Assembly: GCA_029865125.1 (NCBI GenBank)
Contig: JAOUHN010000002.1
Span: forward strand, 713 to 64,712
Reading direction: 5' to 3'
From: Candidatus Moraniibacteriota bacterium
GTDB lineage: Bacteria > Patescibacteriota > Minisyncoccia > Moranbacterales > UBA9337
Length of the DNA: 64,000 nucleotides
In this document: positions 28,523 to 39,214 of the stretch, one piece after another
Layout of the letters: each line of letters begins with the position of its first letter
Position numbering within the stretch: the first letter of the stretch is position 1
The notes under the pieces: generated by a model
What the model was told of the DNA's origin: nothing
Databases searched by the model: none
The model's input: the letters and a program-made list of their open reading frames with translations, nothing else
Position numbers and translations under genes: made by a program

Positions 28523-29293
28523 ATGAAAAAGTCACGATGGATTCAGCTTGACCCTAAGAGGTTGCTTCCGATTGGAAGAAATCTGACGAAAGCGGATTTG
28601 CTCAACATTAGCAATCAGTGGAAAGGTGTGTATCTGAGATTATTTCTTGAAAATAATCCGGACTTAATCTTTTCCAAGCATGCATTTGCGTATGTTAAGG
28701 AGTTGTCCAAAGAAAGTGGTCGTCTCAGAAAAGATCGTCGAGGAGACTTCATCCATCCATATAGGGTAGCGCAAATGGTCGCCCTGTTTGTGGTGTGGTA
28801 TTGTGAGATTTTTGATACCCCGCTGGACAGAAGACTCTTGGACATTCTTATTGCGGTAGCCTTGCTGCATGATGCTCCCGAAGATTATGACGGCGTATGG
28901 GGAGAAATTCTTAAGCTTTTTGGGGTGCATATTTCTAGTGTTGTTGACAACCTGGTCATTCGGGATAGTGAAAAAAAGAAGGAGAACAAATGGCAATATT
29001 TTGTTCGAGTTTTTTCTGATTTGATAGCCATCATTGTGAAAGCAGCAGATCGTATTCACAATACGAAAAACATGGCGAAGCACATTGGTAAAACAGATTT
29101 TTTTACTCCCAAAAGGATCAGTGATCAAAACAAGGAATCGCGTGAATTCATTATTCCTGCTATGCAGAAGCTTATAGAGCAAATGGGATCTGAAAGTCTG
29201 TTTGCGTATATGCTTCGGGAGCTGGAGATGACCATTGTTGATTCCGAGGCAATCCTGTATCGCTATCAAATAGCCCAAGGGAGGATGGAATAA
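28523..29293 (+). CDS. HD-domain (p)ppGpp hydrolase-like protein (RelA/SpoT HD_4, stand-alone)
   Basis: R.D...FIHPYRVA, VALLHDAPED, VKAADRIHN; SD aaggaggt. Confidence 0.82.
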   Translation: MKKSRWIQLDPKRLLPIGRNLTKADLLNISNQWKGVYLRLFLENNPDLIFSKHAFAYVKELSKESGRLRKDRRGDFIHPYRVAQMVALFVVWYCEIFDTPLDRRLLDILIAVALLHDAPEDYDGVWGEILKLFGVHISSVVDNLVIRDSEKKKENKWQYFVRVFSDLIAIIVKAADRIHNTKNMAKHIGKTDFFTPKRISDQNKESREFIIPAMQKLIEQMGSESLFAYMLRELEMTIVDSEAILYRYQIAQGRME

Positions 29294-29416
29294 CCGCGTC
29301 TGCGCTCATGTGAGTCTCAGGCGCGTTTTTTATTTTTTGGGTGATTTGGACTTTCAATTTTCGATTTTGTAGGCTTTTGAGACTTTATGAACTTTTGGCT
29401 TTTGACTCATGGAGTC

Positions 29417-29445
29417 TTGACTTTTGCCACTAAATGATATAAGAT
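29417..29445 (+). promoter_or_regulatory. Putative secG promoter
   Basis: TTGACT-17bp-TAAGAT. Confidence 0.55.
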
Positions 29446-29472
29446 GGTCTCAGTTGTTAATCTAAAACTTTT

Positions 29473-29685
29473 ATGAAATTTCTTAACCTAGTTCACGTTA
29501 TTGTGTCAGCGTTGCTAATAGTTTCTATTTTACTCCAGAGTCGTGGATCAGGATTAAGCACAGTTTTTGGTGGTGGAATGGGAGGATATCACACTAAAAG
29601 AGGTTTCGAAAGGTTTTTGTTCTATTCTTCGATAACATTGGCTGTCCTGTTCGTGGGACTTGCGATTGTTAATGTTATCTTTTAG
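29473..29685 (+). CDS. secG: Preprotein translocase subunit SecG
   Basis: ILLQSRGSGLSTVFGG, TKRGFER, two TM helices. Confidence 0.93.
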   Translation: MKFLNLVHVIVSALLIVSILLQSRGSGLSTVFGGGMGGYHTKRGFERFLFYSSITLAVLFVGLAIVNVIF

Positions 29686-29732
29686 TAAAAATTATCAAAA
29701 AACATATCAGTAAAGGGATACTTAGACTACTT

Positions 29733-31400
29733 TTGCCGGGAAACTGGCGTCATCTTAATAATGTTTTGGACACGAAAGAAAAGATTATAATCTTTTTTCT
29801 TGTGGCCGTTCTGTCTTTTGCGTTTTTGTTTTGGATGGGGGTTTTTTATTTTCATTTTACAACTCCAATAGCTGACTTTGGAGGGACATATAAAGAAGGA
29901 ATGCTGGGTCAGCCACTCTATGCTAATCCTGTTTTCTCGCAAACCAGTGAAGTGGATGCTAGTTTGACGCAATTGGTGTATAGTGGAATTTTGAAATATG
30001 ATAAAACAGGAAATCTCGTTAATGATTTGGCAGAAAAATATGAAATTTCAGAGGACAAGAAGAAATATACTATATATCTCAAGCAAGGAGTTTTGTGGCA
30101 TGATGGAGAGATGTTGACCGCTGACGATATTGTGTTTACTGTGAATGTAATTAAAGATCCGGCATATAAGAGTCCTTTGAGGCAAAACTGGCAAGGAGTG
30201 GAAGTGAAAAAAATTGATGAATATTCCGTTGAATTTTTGATGGAAGATCAGCCATACTTTCGTTTTCTTGATAGTTTGACCTTAGGGGTGCTCCCTAAGC
30301 ATGTTTGGGAAAATATTGCCGCAGATAGATTTTTGTTGACAGAATACAATTTGAGACCGATTGGAACCGGTCCATTCAAGTTTGTGGATATGCAAAAAGA
30401 TTCTAATGGAAATATCATAACATATAACCTGAAATCTTTCGCAGACTATTTTGGAGGAAAAGCGTTTATTAATAATTTTTCATTTGTTTTTTATTCTGAT
30501 GAAGAATCTTTGATTTCTGCATATAGCAAAAAGGAAATCAATGGAATTAATGGAGTTTCACCAGAAAAAATTAGTGGGATTGATTTGGGAAAAAATACTA
30601 ATGTATATGAGATTAATGTCCCAAGATATTTTGCAGTTTTTTTGAACAAAAATAAAAGTGTTCCGCTTGCAGAAAAGGAAGTCAGAAGAGCTTTGAGATT
30701 TGGAACAAGCAGTCAGGCTGTTATCAATACTGTGTTGCATGAAAAAGCTAAGTGCATTGACGGACCTTTTTTGAATGAATCAAGCAAGTGTCATGAAGGA
30801 GGATATGACATAGAAAAAGCAAAGAGTATTCTGGAAGAATCTGGATGGAAGGTGGGCGATGATGGAGTGAGATCAAGAAATGACGTTCGACTCAGATTTA
30901 ATTTATTGACAATTGATTGGCCAGAGCTTTCAAATACTGCATTTGAACTTCAAAATCAATGGTCAGCGCTTGGTGCTGAGGTAGAGGTCAATGTTTTGAG
31001 TGTTTCAGATTTGAGACAGAATTATATTCGTCCAAGAGAATATGATGCGATTTTGGTTGGACAAGCAATTTCTTTCAATCCAGATCCATATTCTTTCTGG
31101 CATTCCAGTCAAAAAAAGGATCCAGGTTTCAATTTCTCAATGTTTGAGAATGAAGAGGCTGATGAAATACTTCTAGAAACAAGAAAAGAATTCAACACAG
31201 AAAAAAGAAATGAAAAATATAATAGATTAGAGGAAATTATTGATGAAGAGAGTCCAGCTGTTTTTCTATATACACCAATGTATTTGTATGTTTTAAATAA
31301 ACAAATCCAGGGAATTGATTTTGAAAATCTCAATGATGTGAGTCACAGATTTTCTGATATCGAAAAATGGTATATTGAAACAAAAAGAGTTAGAAAATAA
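29733..31400 (+). CDS. ABC transporter substrate-binding protein, family 5 (OppA/DppA-like)
   Basis: VYSGI, DLAE, WHDGEMLTADDIVFT, PIGTGPF, FWHSSQ; start uncertain. Confidence 0.9.
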   Translation: MPGNWRHLNNVLDTKEKIIIFFLVAVLSFAFLFWMGVFYFHFTTPIADFGGTYKEGMLGQPLYANPVFSQTSEVDASLTQLVYSGILKYDKTGNLVNDLAEKYEISEDKKKYTIYLKQGVLWHDGEMLTADDIVFTVNVIKDPAYKSPLRQNWQGVEVKKIDEYSVEFLMEDQPYFRFLDSLTLGVLPKHVWENIAADRFLLTEYNLRPIGTGPFKFVDMQKDSNGNIITYNLKSFADYFGGKAFINNFSFVFYSDEESLISAYSKKEINGINGVSPEKISGIDLGKNTNVYEINVPRYFAVFLNKNKSVPLAEKEVRRALRFGTSSQAVINTVLHEKAKCIDGPFLNESSKCHEGGYDIEKAKSILEESGWKVGDDGVRSRNDVRLRFNLLTIDWPELSNTAFELQNQWSALGAEVEVNVLSVSDLRQNYIRPREYDAILVGQAISFNPDPYSFWHSSQKKDPGFNFSMFENEEADEILLETRKEFNTEKRNEKYNRLEEIIDEESPAVFLYTPMYLYVLNKQIQGIDFENLNDVSHRFSDIEKWYIETKRVRK

Positions 31401-31482
31401 TTTTTTTGAAAATAAATATTAAAAAGAAAACGTAATCAGCAAAACTTTTTGAGTTTGTTGTTTGAGGCGTTGAAAAACAAAT

Positions 31483-32511
31483 ATGAAATTTGACACAAGT
31501 ATTGACAAAGCGAATGTGAGAAAGGTTATTTTGGAGGAAGCGGATCAGTTTGAAAAAGGTTTTGAGTTTGCAAAGGAAATCAAGATTAATGATAAATTTG
31601 AGTCAATTACTATTTCCGGTATGGGAGGCTCTGCACTTCCTGGAAATATCGTGAGAATTTTTTTGGGTGACCTGTTTGAGAGAGGTCAAAAGAAAAATAA
31701 GTTGGCAGTATATCACAATCGATTCTATGCACTTCCTAAGGAAGCTTATGATAAATCACTAAATATTATTTGTTCTTTCTCTGGAAACACAGAAGAAACT
31801 CTTGAATCATTTCAAGAGGCAATTGACAACAATCTTCCATGCGTAGGAATTTCAGCTGGTGGAAAATTGGAAGAAATGTGCAAAGAAAACAATATTCAGC
31901 ATGTCAAATTCTCTGGATTTGACAAAAATTTCCAGCCAAGAATGGCAACCGGATATTTCTTTGCAGCAATTTTTCAGATATTGATGAATGGAAAATTGAT
32001 AGATGATTGCACTGAGGAGGTTTTGAAAATGAGTGTCAAGTTGAAAAAAGAAACATTGGAAATGGAAGAGAGAGGAAAAGAATTGGCTGAAAAAATCAAA
32101 GGAAAAACCCCGATTATATATTCTTCAACAAAGTTCAAGTCTTTGGCTATGATTTGGAAGATTAAGATTAATGAAAATGCAAAAACCCCATGCTTTTGGA
32201 ATTTTTTTCCAGAACTGAATCACAATGAGATGGTTGGATTCACCAATCCTCAAGCTGATTTTTCTTTCATTATGCTTAGAGATCCAAATGACCACCCTCA
32301 GAATAAAAAGCGTTTTGATGTGATGGCAGAATTGATGATGAAGAAGGGCATGAATACTGAGATTATTGAAATGGAAGAAGGAAGTGTTTTTTATAAGATT
32401 TTCGCAACACTTTATCTGGGAGATTGGACGTCATATTATTTGGCATTAGCTTATGGACAAGATCCTAATCCAGTTGACATGGTGGAGGAATTCAAAACTT
32501 TGGTGAAATAG
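31483..32511 (+). CDS. Bifunctional phosphoglucose/phosphomannose isomerase
   Basis: GMGGSA, SFSGNTEET, QPR, NENAK, PELNHNE, DPNPV. Confidence 0.93.
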   Translation: MKFDTSIDKANVRKVILEEADQFEKGFEFAKEIKINDKFESITISGMGGSALPGNIVRIFLGDLFERGQKKNKLAVYHNRFYALPKEAYDKSLNIICSFSGNTEETLESFQEAIDNNLPCVGISAGGKLEEMCKENNIQHVKFSGFDKNFQPRMATGYFFAAIFQILMNGKLIDDCTEEVLKMSVKLKKETLEMEERGKELAEKIKGKTPIIYSSTKFKSLAMIWKIKINENAKTPCFWNFFPELNHNEMVGFTNPQADFSFIMLRDPNDHPQNKKRFDVMAELMMKKGMNTEIIEMEEGSVFYKIFATLYLGDWTSYYLALAYGQDPNPVDMVEEFKTLVK

Positions 32512-32557
32512 CTCTAGTGGGCACAGAAAAGATATTCAAAGAATGATTGCTTGCTTA

Positions 32558-32718
32558 GAACCTGTTTAAAATCTCCATATTCTACTGCAAATCTGATATT
32601 TTGACTGCAAAATACATAAATTTAGCTAGATTATTTTCAATAATTCTTGCCTTAATTCTTGTATTTTTCGCTCAAAATATCAATTTTTTGCTACGAAAGA
32701 GAGATTCTAAGCAGGCTC
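32558..32718. mobile_element. ~160-bp MITE-like element, copy 3
   Basis: gaacctgtttaaaatctc...gagattctaagcaggctc; internal homology to the other copies. Confidence 0.85.
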
Positions 32719-32973
32719 TTGGAATTTTTCTTTCAAGATGAAGTTTTTATATTTTTGATAATATTAAAACGTTCACTAATGAAAATGAGAATTGTGATCA
32801 AGCTCTAAGTTGCAATGTTGTGAGATATTCTTTGAATAGAAGTACGAAGAAGTAGATTTTAAATATGTTTTTGGCATTCAGCCTAAAGCATACTTTATAT
32901 AAAAAATAATAATAAAAATGTTAACCTCAACTTTAAAAAGATGTGTTGTGGGTGACATTTTTACAGTAAATGA

Positions 32974-34917
32974 ATGAAAAATAATACGAGTAAGAAAATA
33001 GATGACTTTTTGGACAAACACTTTGAAGAAAGGACATCTGACAAGAAAAGAGAAGAAAATAAAAGTGATCAAAGAGGTAATAAGAAAGAGGAAATAAGAA
33101 GACATGGAAAAAGACATGGTCAAAAACAAGGAAAAAGACATGGTCAAAAACAAGGTCAAGGAAACAGACAAGGGCAAGGATCAGCGCAAAGAGGCGCGTT
33201 TTCTGGAGGAAAAGTTAAGATTCAACATGGTGAATATACACACACAGGAGAAAAGAAAGTAAAAATTATTCCGCTAGGAGGACAAGAAGAGGTCGGAAGA
33301 AACATGACTATCTTTGAATATGGAAATGATATCGTTATTCTTGATATGGGAATGCAATTTCCTGAAGAAGACATGCCAGGAGTTGATTATATTGTTCCTG
33401 ATATTTCATATCTCAAAGGGAAAGAAAAAAATATTCGAGGTGTCATTTTGAGTCACGGACATCTTGACCACATTGGAGCTGCTCCGATTCTTTTGAGAGA
33501 ATTGGGATATCCTCCAGTGATCGGGAGAGATCTGACGCTGGCTCTTGTGAAAAAGAAAATGGAAGACTTTGAAAAGAAATCTTCTGAGCTTCTAAAAACT
33601 ATTTATGTTAAATCTTTGGATAGTAAATTGAGATTAGGAGAATTTCAGGTGGGATTTTTTGATGTCGAACACTCTGTGATGGATGCTGTTGGAGTCACAT
33701 TGAACACACCAGAAGGAACAATCATCCATCCTGGAGATTGGACACTGGAGAGAGATGAAAGAGGGGAAAGAATTTTGTCATATGAAAATCTTGCCAATCT
33801 TCCACGTCCAACAACATTGATGTTGGAGAGTTTGGGGGCGCTTGATTATGGTGTTCCAACTCCGGAAGCTGAGATGTATAGAAACATCAAAAAGCTTATT
33901 GATCAAGCACAAGGAAAGGTTATTATCGGAACTTTTTCATCTCAGATCAGACGTATTGGTCAAATTATCGAGTATGCTTTTGAGGTTGGAAAAAAGGTTG
34001 CACTGGATGGATATAGTATGAAGATGAATATTGAAATTGCAAAAGAATTGGGGTACATCAAAGCTCCAAAAGACACGCTAATAGACGTGAGCAAGGTGAA
34101 TAACTATCCTGACAACAAGGTGATTGTGATTTGCACCGGAGCACAAGGTGAGGATAATGCTGCTTTGTCTAGAATTGTAAACAATAATCACAAATTTATC
34201 AGAATCAATAGAAAAGATACCGTGGTATTTTCTTCTTCTGTTATTCCTGGAAATGAAAGAACAATTCAGAGATTGAAGGACAACCTATACAGAAAAAGTG
34301 ACAATGTATATCACACAGACATTATGGATGTTCACACCAGTGGTCACTGTAATGCAGAGGATATCAAGGAAGTGATTAAGCAGATCAAGCCGGATTTCTA
34401 TGTTCCTGTATATGCTAATCATTATTTCTTGAAAGAGGCTCAAAAATTGGCAGTTGAAACAGGATTCAAAAAAGAAAACTCATTTATTTTGGATAACGGT
34501 TCTATTTTGGAGATAAAGGACAAAAAAGCTGTTATTTCAAGTAAAAAAGTTAAAACCGATTATGTGTTTATTGATGGATTGGGAATTGGTGATGTCGGAC
34601 AAGTTGTTCTTCGTGACAGACAGGTTTTAGCGGAAGATGGAATGTTCATGATCACTGTGATTATTGAAAGCAAGACAAAAAAGATTGTTGGAAATATACA
34701 AGTGATTTCAAGAGGATTCATTTTTGTTAAGGAAAATTTTGACCTTGTTAATGCTACTAAGTTGGTAGTCAAAAAAGTCATCAAAGAAAAGACTTCTCCG
34801 GATGCAAGCATTAACTGGAAATATGTTAAAGATAATATTCGTGAAGAAGTTGGAAAATTCTTATATCAAAAAACACAAAGAAGACCGATGATTCTTCCTG
34901 AGGTTATTGAGGTTTAA
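32974..34917 (+). CDS. rnj: Ribonuclease J
   Basis: PLGGQEEVGRNMT, HGHLDHIG, TGAQGE, HTSGH, RRPMILP; low-complexity N-terminal extension. Confidence 0.96.
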   Translation: MKNNTSKKIDDFLDKHFEERTSDKKREENKSDQRGNKKEEIRRHGKRHGQKQGKRHGQKQGQGNRQGQGSAQRGAFSGGKVKIQHGEYTHTGEKKVKIIPLGGQEEVGRNMTIFEYGNDIVILDMGMQFPEEDMPGVDYIVPDISYLKGKEKNIRGVILSHGHLDHIGAAPILLRELGYPPVIGRDLTLALVKKKMEDFEKKSSELLKTIYVKSLDSKLRLGEFQVGFFDVEHSVMDAVGVTLNTPEGTIIHPGDWTLERDERGERILSYENLANLPRPTTLMLESLGALDYGVPTPEAEMYRNIKKLIDQAQGKVIIGTFSSQIRRIGQIIEYAFEVGKKVALDGYSMKMNIEIAKELGYIKAPKDTLIDVSKVNNYPDNKVIVICTGAQGEDNAALSRIVNNNHKFIRINRKDTVVFSSSVIPGNERTIQRLKDNLYRKSDNVYHTDIMDVHTSGHCNAEDIKEVIKQIKPDFYVPVYANHYFLKEAQKLAVETGFKKENSFILDNGSILEIKDKKAVISSKKVKTDYVFIDGLGIGDVGQVVLRDRQVLAEDGMFMITVIIESKTKKIVGNIQVISRGFIFVKENFDLVNATKLVVKKVIKEKTSPDASINWKYVKDNIREEVGKFLYQKTQRRPMILPEVIEV

Positions 34918-34941
34918 AACCATTCTGAATATTGGAAAAAT

Positions 34942-34970
34942 AAAACATCCCGATCGAATCGGGATGTTTT
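34942..34970 (+). terminator. Intrinsic terminator after rnj
   Basis: aaaacatcccgatcgaatcgggatgtttt. Confidence 0.8.
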
Positions 34971-35035
34971 GTGTTTTGCGTGTTTTGTTGTAGAATAAGG
35001 ATAGACATAAATTCAAAAATATTCAACATAAAAAC

Positions 35036-35593
35036 ATGGGAATTCAATCAGGGAGTCAAATGATTTCTAAGTTTGTTAATCCGAAAGAGATCTTGGATAA
35101 GGTAGGCTTGAATGAAGGTGATAAGGTCGCAGATTTTGGGTGTGGTCCTGGATTTTTCACTCTTCCTGTGGCTGAAATTGTTGGTGGAGATGGAGAAGTG
35201 TATGCTTTTGATATCATGCCTCAGATTCTTGAGAATGTGACTAGCCAAGCAAAGTCAATGGGAATCACTAACATTGCCACCAAGAGAGTAAACCTTGAAA
35301 AAGAAAAGAGTTCTGGACTTGAGGATAATTCTGTTGATTTGGTTATTATCAAAAATGTGCTTTTTCAAAACAAGAACAAAGAGGAAATCATCAAAGAAGC
35401 ACACAGAATTCTCAAAGATGGTGGTAAAATTTTGGTGATGGAATGGAACAAAAGAAATCTTTTGGTGGGACCAGAAGAAAGTTTGAGAGTGGACAAAGAT
35501 GATTTGGATAGAATGTTGATTGGAGCTGGTTTTGTTTTGAAAGAACAAATGACAGCAGGTGATTTTCACTATATTTCCATAGCAAATAAATAA
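35036..35593 (+). CDS. Class I SAM-dependent methyltransferase
   Basis: VADFGCGPG, VYAFDI, RILKDGG. Confidence 0.9.
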   Translation: MGIQSGSQMISKFVNPKEILDKVGLNEGDKVADFGCGPGFFTLPVAEIVGGDGEVYAFDIMPQILENVTSQAKSMGITNIATKRVNLEKEKSSGLEDNSVDLVIIKNVLFQNKNKEEIIKEAHRILKDGGKILVMEWNKRNLLVGPEESLRVDKDDLDRMLIGAGFVLKEQMTAGDFHYISIANK

Positions 35594-35620
35594 TTTTTTC
35601 GTTATATAATTTAAAGACAG

Positions 35621-37033
35621 ATGAAAAGAAATACATTTAGAAAAATATCAACAATGTTGGTTATTGCAGTTTTTGCTGTTAATTTTTCTGGTTGCTTGAA
35701 ACAAACAACGATTCCCAAAAGTGCGGTTAGTTTGGAATTCTGGGGTGTTTTTGATGACAGCACCGCGTATAACAATGCGATTGATGAATATCGAAAAATG
35801 GATTCCATAGTTAGTGATATTCGATACAAAAAATTTAATGTAAATGAGTATCGAAATGATTTGATTGATGCATTGGCAGCTGGAAATGGTCCAGATATTT
35901 TCATGATCAATAGTGCATGGATTCCTGATTTTGAAAACAAAATCGCTTTTGCGCCCAAAGAAGTTTTTGGCGAAAAAGAATTCAGAGATACGTTTGTGGA
36001 TGTTGCTGCAAATGATTTATTGAGTAGCAATGGAGAGGTGATGGGAACAACGCTCAGTGTTGATTCTCTAGCTTTGTATTATAACAAAGATATTTTCAAT
36101 GCTGTTGGAGTCACAGCTCCTCCAAAAACATGGGAAGAATTTGTGGACATTGCCAAAAAAACAACCAGGATCAGTGATACGGGAGACATTTTACAATCAG
36201 GAGCAGCTATGGGATCTGTGAACAATATCAATAGAGCTACTGATGTGATTGACATGTTGCTATTTCAAAACGGAGTGTCTTTGCCACAAAGAAATAATGG
36301 TATTGTGAATTTGAATCAAACAATTCGAACGAAGGACGATACTGTTTCTGGTGGATCAAATGCTCTTGAGTTCTACACGAGATTTGCTAATTCTAATTCG
36401 CCTACGTACACCTGGAGTAGCGATGAATCAATGCACTATTCACTGGATGAATTCTATGAAGGGGATCTTGCAATGATGTTTAATTTTTCTTGGCACTATG
36501 AAACAATCAAAAGTAAAAACTCCAAGTTGAATTTTGCGGTGACCACTATCCCTCAGTTGAATCCGAACAGCCCTGCAAACACTTCTAATTATTGGGTTTT
36601 GGTTGTGAGCAAAAACAAAATTCAAGGTGATTCAGGAAGCGGTGTGGCGGTTTCAAATGAAACCAGAACACTCGAAGCGTGGCAATTTTTGAAATTTTTG
36701 ACAGCTAAAAACAATGGGCAATTTGGACTGATCAATCCGCTTACGGGTGAGAAGGTAACCTATACAATGAGTAGTGATCCAGCCAAAGACTATGTGATTC
36801 AAACTAACAAACCTGCTGCAAGAAGAGACATTATTGAAGAGCAAAAGAATGATCCGTTTCTGGGACCCTTTGTTCAAGGAAATCTCATCGCAAAGAGTTG
36901 GATTCGAAATAATTCTGATAGCATCGAATCTGTTTGGGGTGATGTTGTGAGTGAAATTAACAAAGGTGGAACCACTGTTGGTCAGGGTCTTAATATTGCA
37001 AATACCAGAATAAATAATTTTTTGACGAAGTAA
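35621..37033 (+). CDS. Extracellular solute-binding lipoprotein (sugar ABC family 1)
   Basis: Lipobox FSGC, GPDIF, LALYYNKD, PPKTWEEF. Confidence 0.88.
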   Translation: MKRNTFRKISTMLVIAVFAVNFSGCLKQTTIPKSAVSLEFWGVFDDSTAYNNAIDEYRKMDSIVSDIRYKKFNVNEYRNDLIDALAAGNGPDIFMINSAWIPDFENKIAFAPKEVFGEKEFRDTFVDVAANDLLSSNGEVMGTTLSVDSLALYYNKDIFNAVGVTAPPKTWEEFVDIAKKTTRISDTGDILQSGAAMGSVNNINRATDVIDMLLFQNGVSLPQRNNGIVNLNQTIRTKDDTVSGGSNALEFYTRFANSNSPTYTWSSDESMHYSLDEFYEGDLAMMFNFSWHYETIKSKNSKLNFAVTTIPQLNPNSPANTSNYWVLVVSKNKIQGDSGSGVAVSNETRTLEAWQFLKFLTAKNNGQFGLINPLTGEKVTYTMSSDPAKDYVIQTNKPAARRDIIEEQKNDPFLGPFVQGNLIAKSWIRNNSDSIESVWGDVVSEINKGGTTVGQGLNIANTRINNFLTK

Positions 37034-37037
37034 AAAT

Positions 37038-37460
37038 ATGAGCTTGTTTTTGAGAAAAAAAATCGTGATATTTGCTTCTTTGATTTTGATGATAGTGATT
37101 TTTCCGTTGATGGCAGATGCGGCTGCTCCTCTTGTTCCTTGTGGAAGAGGTTCTGATGTTGCAGATAGATGCACATTGTGTCATTTGATTGTAGGCGTTC
37201 ATGGTATTGTTGGGTATATTCGAAATTTATTGGCAGGTGTGGCCATTGCGATGATTGCTGTGGGTGGAGTGATGTATGTTATTTCGGCTGGCAGTCAGCA
37301 AATGATGGAAAAAGCAAAATCAGTCATTCAACAAGCTTTGATTGGAGTGGCTATTGTTTTGGGAGCTTGGTTGATCATTAACACGATGATGTTGTTTTTG
37401 GGAGCAAGTGATAATCTTGGAGTGAATGCTGTGAATTGGTACACATTTGATTGCAAATAA
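37038..37460 (+). CDS. TrbC/VirB2-like pilin 1
   Basis: Signal peptide, LVPCG..CTLCH, GGVMYVISAG..KAK, two TM helices. Confidence 0.8.
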   Translation: MSLFLRKKIVIFASLILMIVIFPLMADAAAPLVPCGRGSDVADRCTLCHLIVGVHGIVGYIRNLLAGVAIAMIAVGGVMYVISAGSQQMMEKAKSVIQQALIGVAIVLGAWLIINTMMLFLGASDNLGVNAVNWYTFDCK

Positions 37461-37474
37461 TTTGAAAAAAAATA

Positions 37475-37750
37475 ATGGAAATAATTAGTGTTGCTCATGC
37501 AGCAGGAGTAATTGAGGAAGCTCCTCGCTTGGTGGATGTTGGTGCGAACGTCATATATTTTTTGTTGCGAATCTTCGGTGTTCTTGTTATAATTGCATCA
37601 GTGATTGCAGGGATGATGTATCTCACTTCTTCTGGAGATGAAAGGAAAATCGAGGTTGCAAAAAGAGCAGCGACTTGGATTGTTGTGGGTATTTTTGTTG
37701 CATTGGGAGCAATCATTGTGACGAGGCAAATAATAAGTTTTTTGAGTTAG
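37475..37750 (+). CDS. TrbC/VirB2-like pilin 2
   Basis: AGMMYLTSSGDERKIEVAK between two TM helices. Confidence 0.8.
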   Translation: MEIISVAHAAGVIEEAPRLVDVGANVIYFLLRIFGVLVIIASVIAGMMYLTSSGDERKIEVAKRAATWIVVGIFVALGAIIVTRQIISFLS

Positions 37751-37818
37751 TTGAGAATAATAAAAAACAAAAAAAATCAAAAATATTTTTGATAAAGTTA
37801 TTGAAAGGAGGTGGAAAT

Positions 37819-38181
37819 ATGAAAACAAAAATAAAAAATTTAGTGTATGGTTTGAGCTTGATGGTTTTGATAGCGCCTGTGTTGGTTTCTGCAGCGGATT
37901 CAAAGCCTGGCGCAGTTCCTTCTGAAGCGAATTTATCCAAAGCAACTTTTTTGGAAGTTTTGACTAAGTTTATGAACTGGCTACTCGGTTTGGTGGGTGT
38001 TTTGGGAGTAATTGGCTTTGCAATTTCTGGAATAATGTATCTCACAGCTGCCGGTGATGAAGGAAGAATAGAAACAGCCAAAAAGACTATGATCTGGTCA
38101 ATTGTTGGAATTGTGGTGGCTCTTATGGGGGGAATTATTTTGACTACTGTAACAGGAATCTTGGGAGAAGGAAGCAAATAA
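37819..38181 (+). CDS. TrbC/VirB2-like pilin 3
   Basis: Start reassigned to ATG 37819 after SD aaaggaggt; SGIMYLTAAGDEGRIETAKK. Confidence 0.82.
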   Translation: MKTKIKNLVYGLSLMVLIAPVLVSAADSKPGAVPSEANLSKATFLEVLTKFMNWLLGLVGVLGVIGFAISGIMYLTAAGDEGRIETAKKTMIWSIVGIVVALMGGIILTTVTGILGEGSK

Positions 38182-38263
38182 TCTAGTAAGTTAATTTTTT
38201 AAGAGCTTAAATCGTGCTTGCCTAGCACAATAGGGGGCATAAGCAGCATTCAATTTATTTTTT

Positions 38264-38626
38264 ATGATGAGTGAAATAAAAAAAATCTTTTGGTCGTTTG
38301 CGCTTTTTTCACTGTTAATCCCAGTGGTTGCATTCGGTCAATGGGATGAAGGAATGGGATATGCTGAAGATGCTGGACTGCCTGAGGGTACAATCGCTGA
38401 CATTTTGATCAATGTCATGGAATGGTTGCTCTCATTGGTAGGGGTTTTGGGAATAATCAGTTTTGCAATTTCCGGAATCATGTATCTCACAGCTGCTGGT
38501 GATGAAGGAAGAATGGAAACGGCCAAAAAGACCATGATTTGGGCAATCATCGGAGTCATTGTTGCTCTTGCGGGGGCGATTGCGATTACTACGATCGATG
38601 CTATTTTGAATGCAGATATTATATAG
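38264..38626 (+). CDS. TrbC/VirB2-like pilin 4
   Basis: SGIMYLTAAGDEGRMETAKK. Confidence 0.82.
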   Translation: MMSEIKKIFWSFALFSLLIPVVAFGQWDEGMGYAEDAGLPEGTIADILINVMEWLLSLVGVLGIISFAISGIMYLTAAGDEGRMETAKKTMIWAIIGVIVALAGAIAITTIDAILNADII

Positions 38627-38768
38627 GCTCAAATCAAATAGGTTTAACAAATGCAAATGCAGTCTCAGGTTGAGACTGTTTTTTGTTTTTCAGACATTGT
38701 GGTATAATCAAAGAAATAATAAAACAAGGGTATTGATTGAGAGAGGATGATTTTTTCAAACCCGTCTA

Positions 38769-39194
38769 ATGAAAAAAAGTAACATGAAAACAAAAATTTT
38801 TTTTAGAAGTTGTGTTTTTTTCTTGTTTTCAATGATGTTGCTTGTTGTTTCAGAAGGTGTTTTGGCTGTTACTTGTCCCGGATCCGGTTTTGAAGTGGAG
38901 GGAGGAGTTTGCATCCCAACCGGAACAGGGCTTCCTGATCCTGGAACCAGCACGCCAGTGCTAGACATCCTGATCAATTTCATGGAGTGGGCTTTGAGCA
39001 TTTTTGGTGTGGTGGCGATAATCGCATTTATCATCTCCGGAATTCAATATCTGACTGCTACGGGTGATGAATCCAGAATCACAACAGCAAAAACAAACAT
39101 GAAATGGTCCATCGTGGGGGTCATTGTGGGACTCATCGGATACATCGTGATTACTACCATCGATGCAATTTTGAATACTTATGCTATAATTTAG
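38769..39194 (+). CDS. TrbC/VirB2-like pilin 5
   Basis: Cys-containing N-terminal loop; SGIQYLTATGDESRITTAK. Confidence 0.8.
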   Translation: MKKSNMKTKIFFRSCVFFLFSMMLLVVSEGVLAVTCPGSGFEVEGGVCIPTGTGLPDPGTSTPVLDILINFMEWALSIFGVVAIIAFIISGIQYLTATGDESRITTAKTNMKWSIVGVIVGLIGYIVITTIDAILNTYAII

Positions 39195-39214
39195 ATTTTT
39201 AAGGTTATAAAAAA

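Noticed and set aside
33095-33180. 24-bp repeat in the RNase J N-terminus (KRHGQKQG)
   Set aside because: Ordinary low-complexity disordered extension, unrelated to the dispersed repeat families
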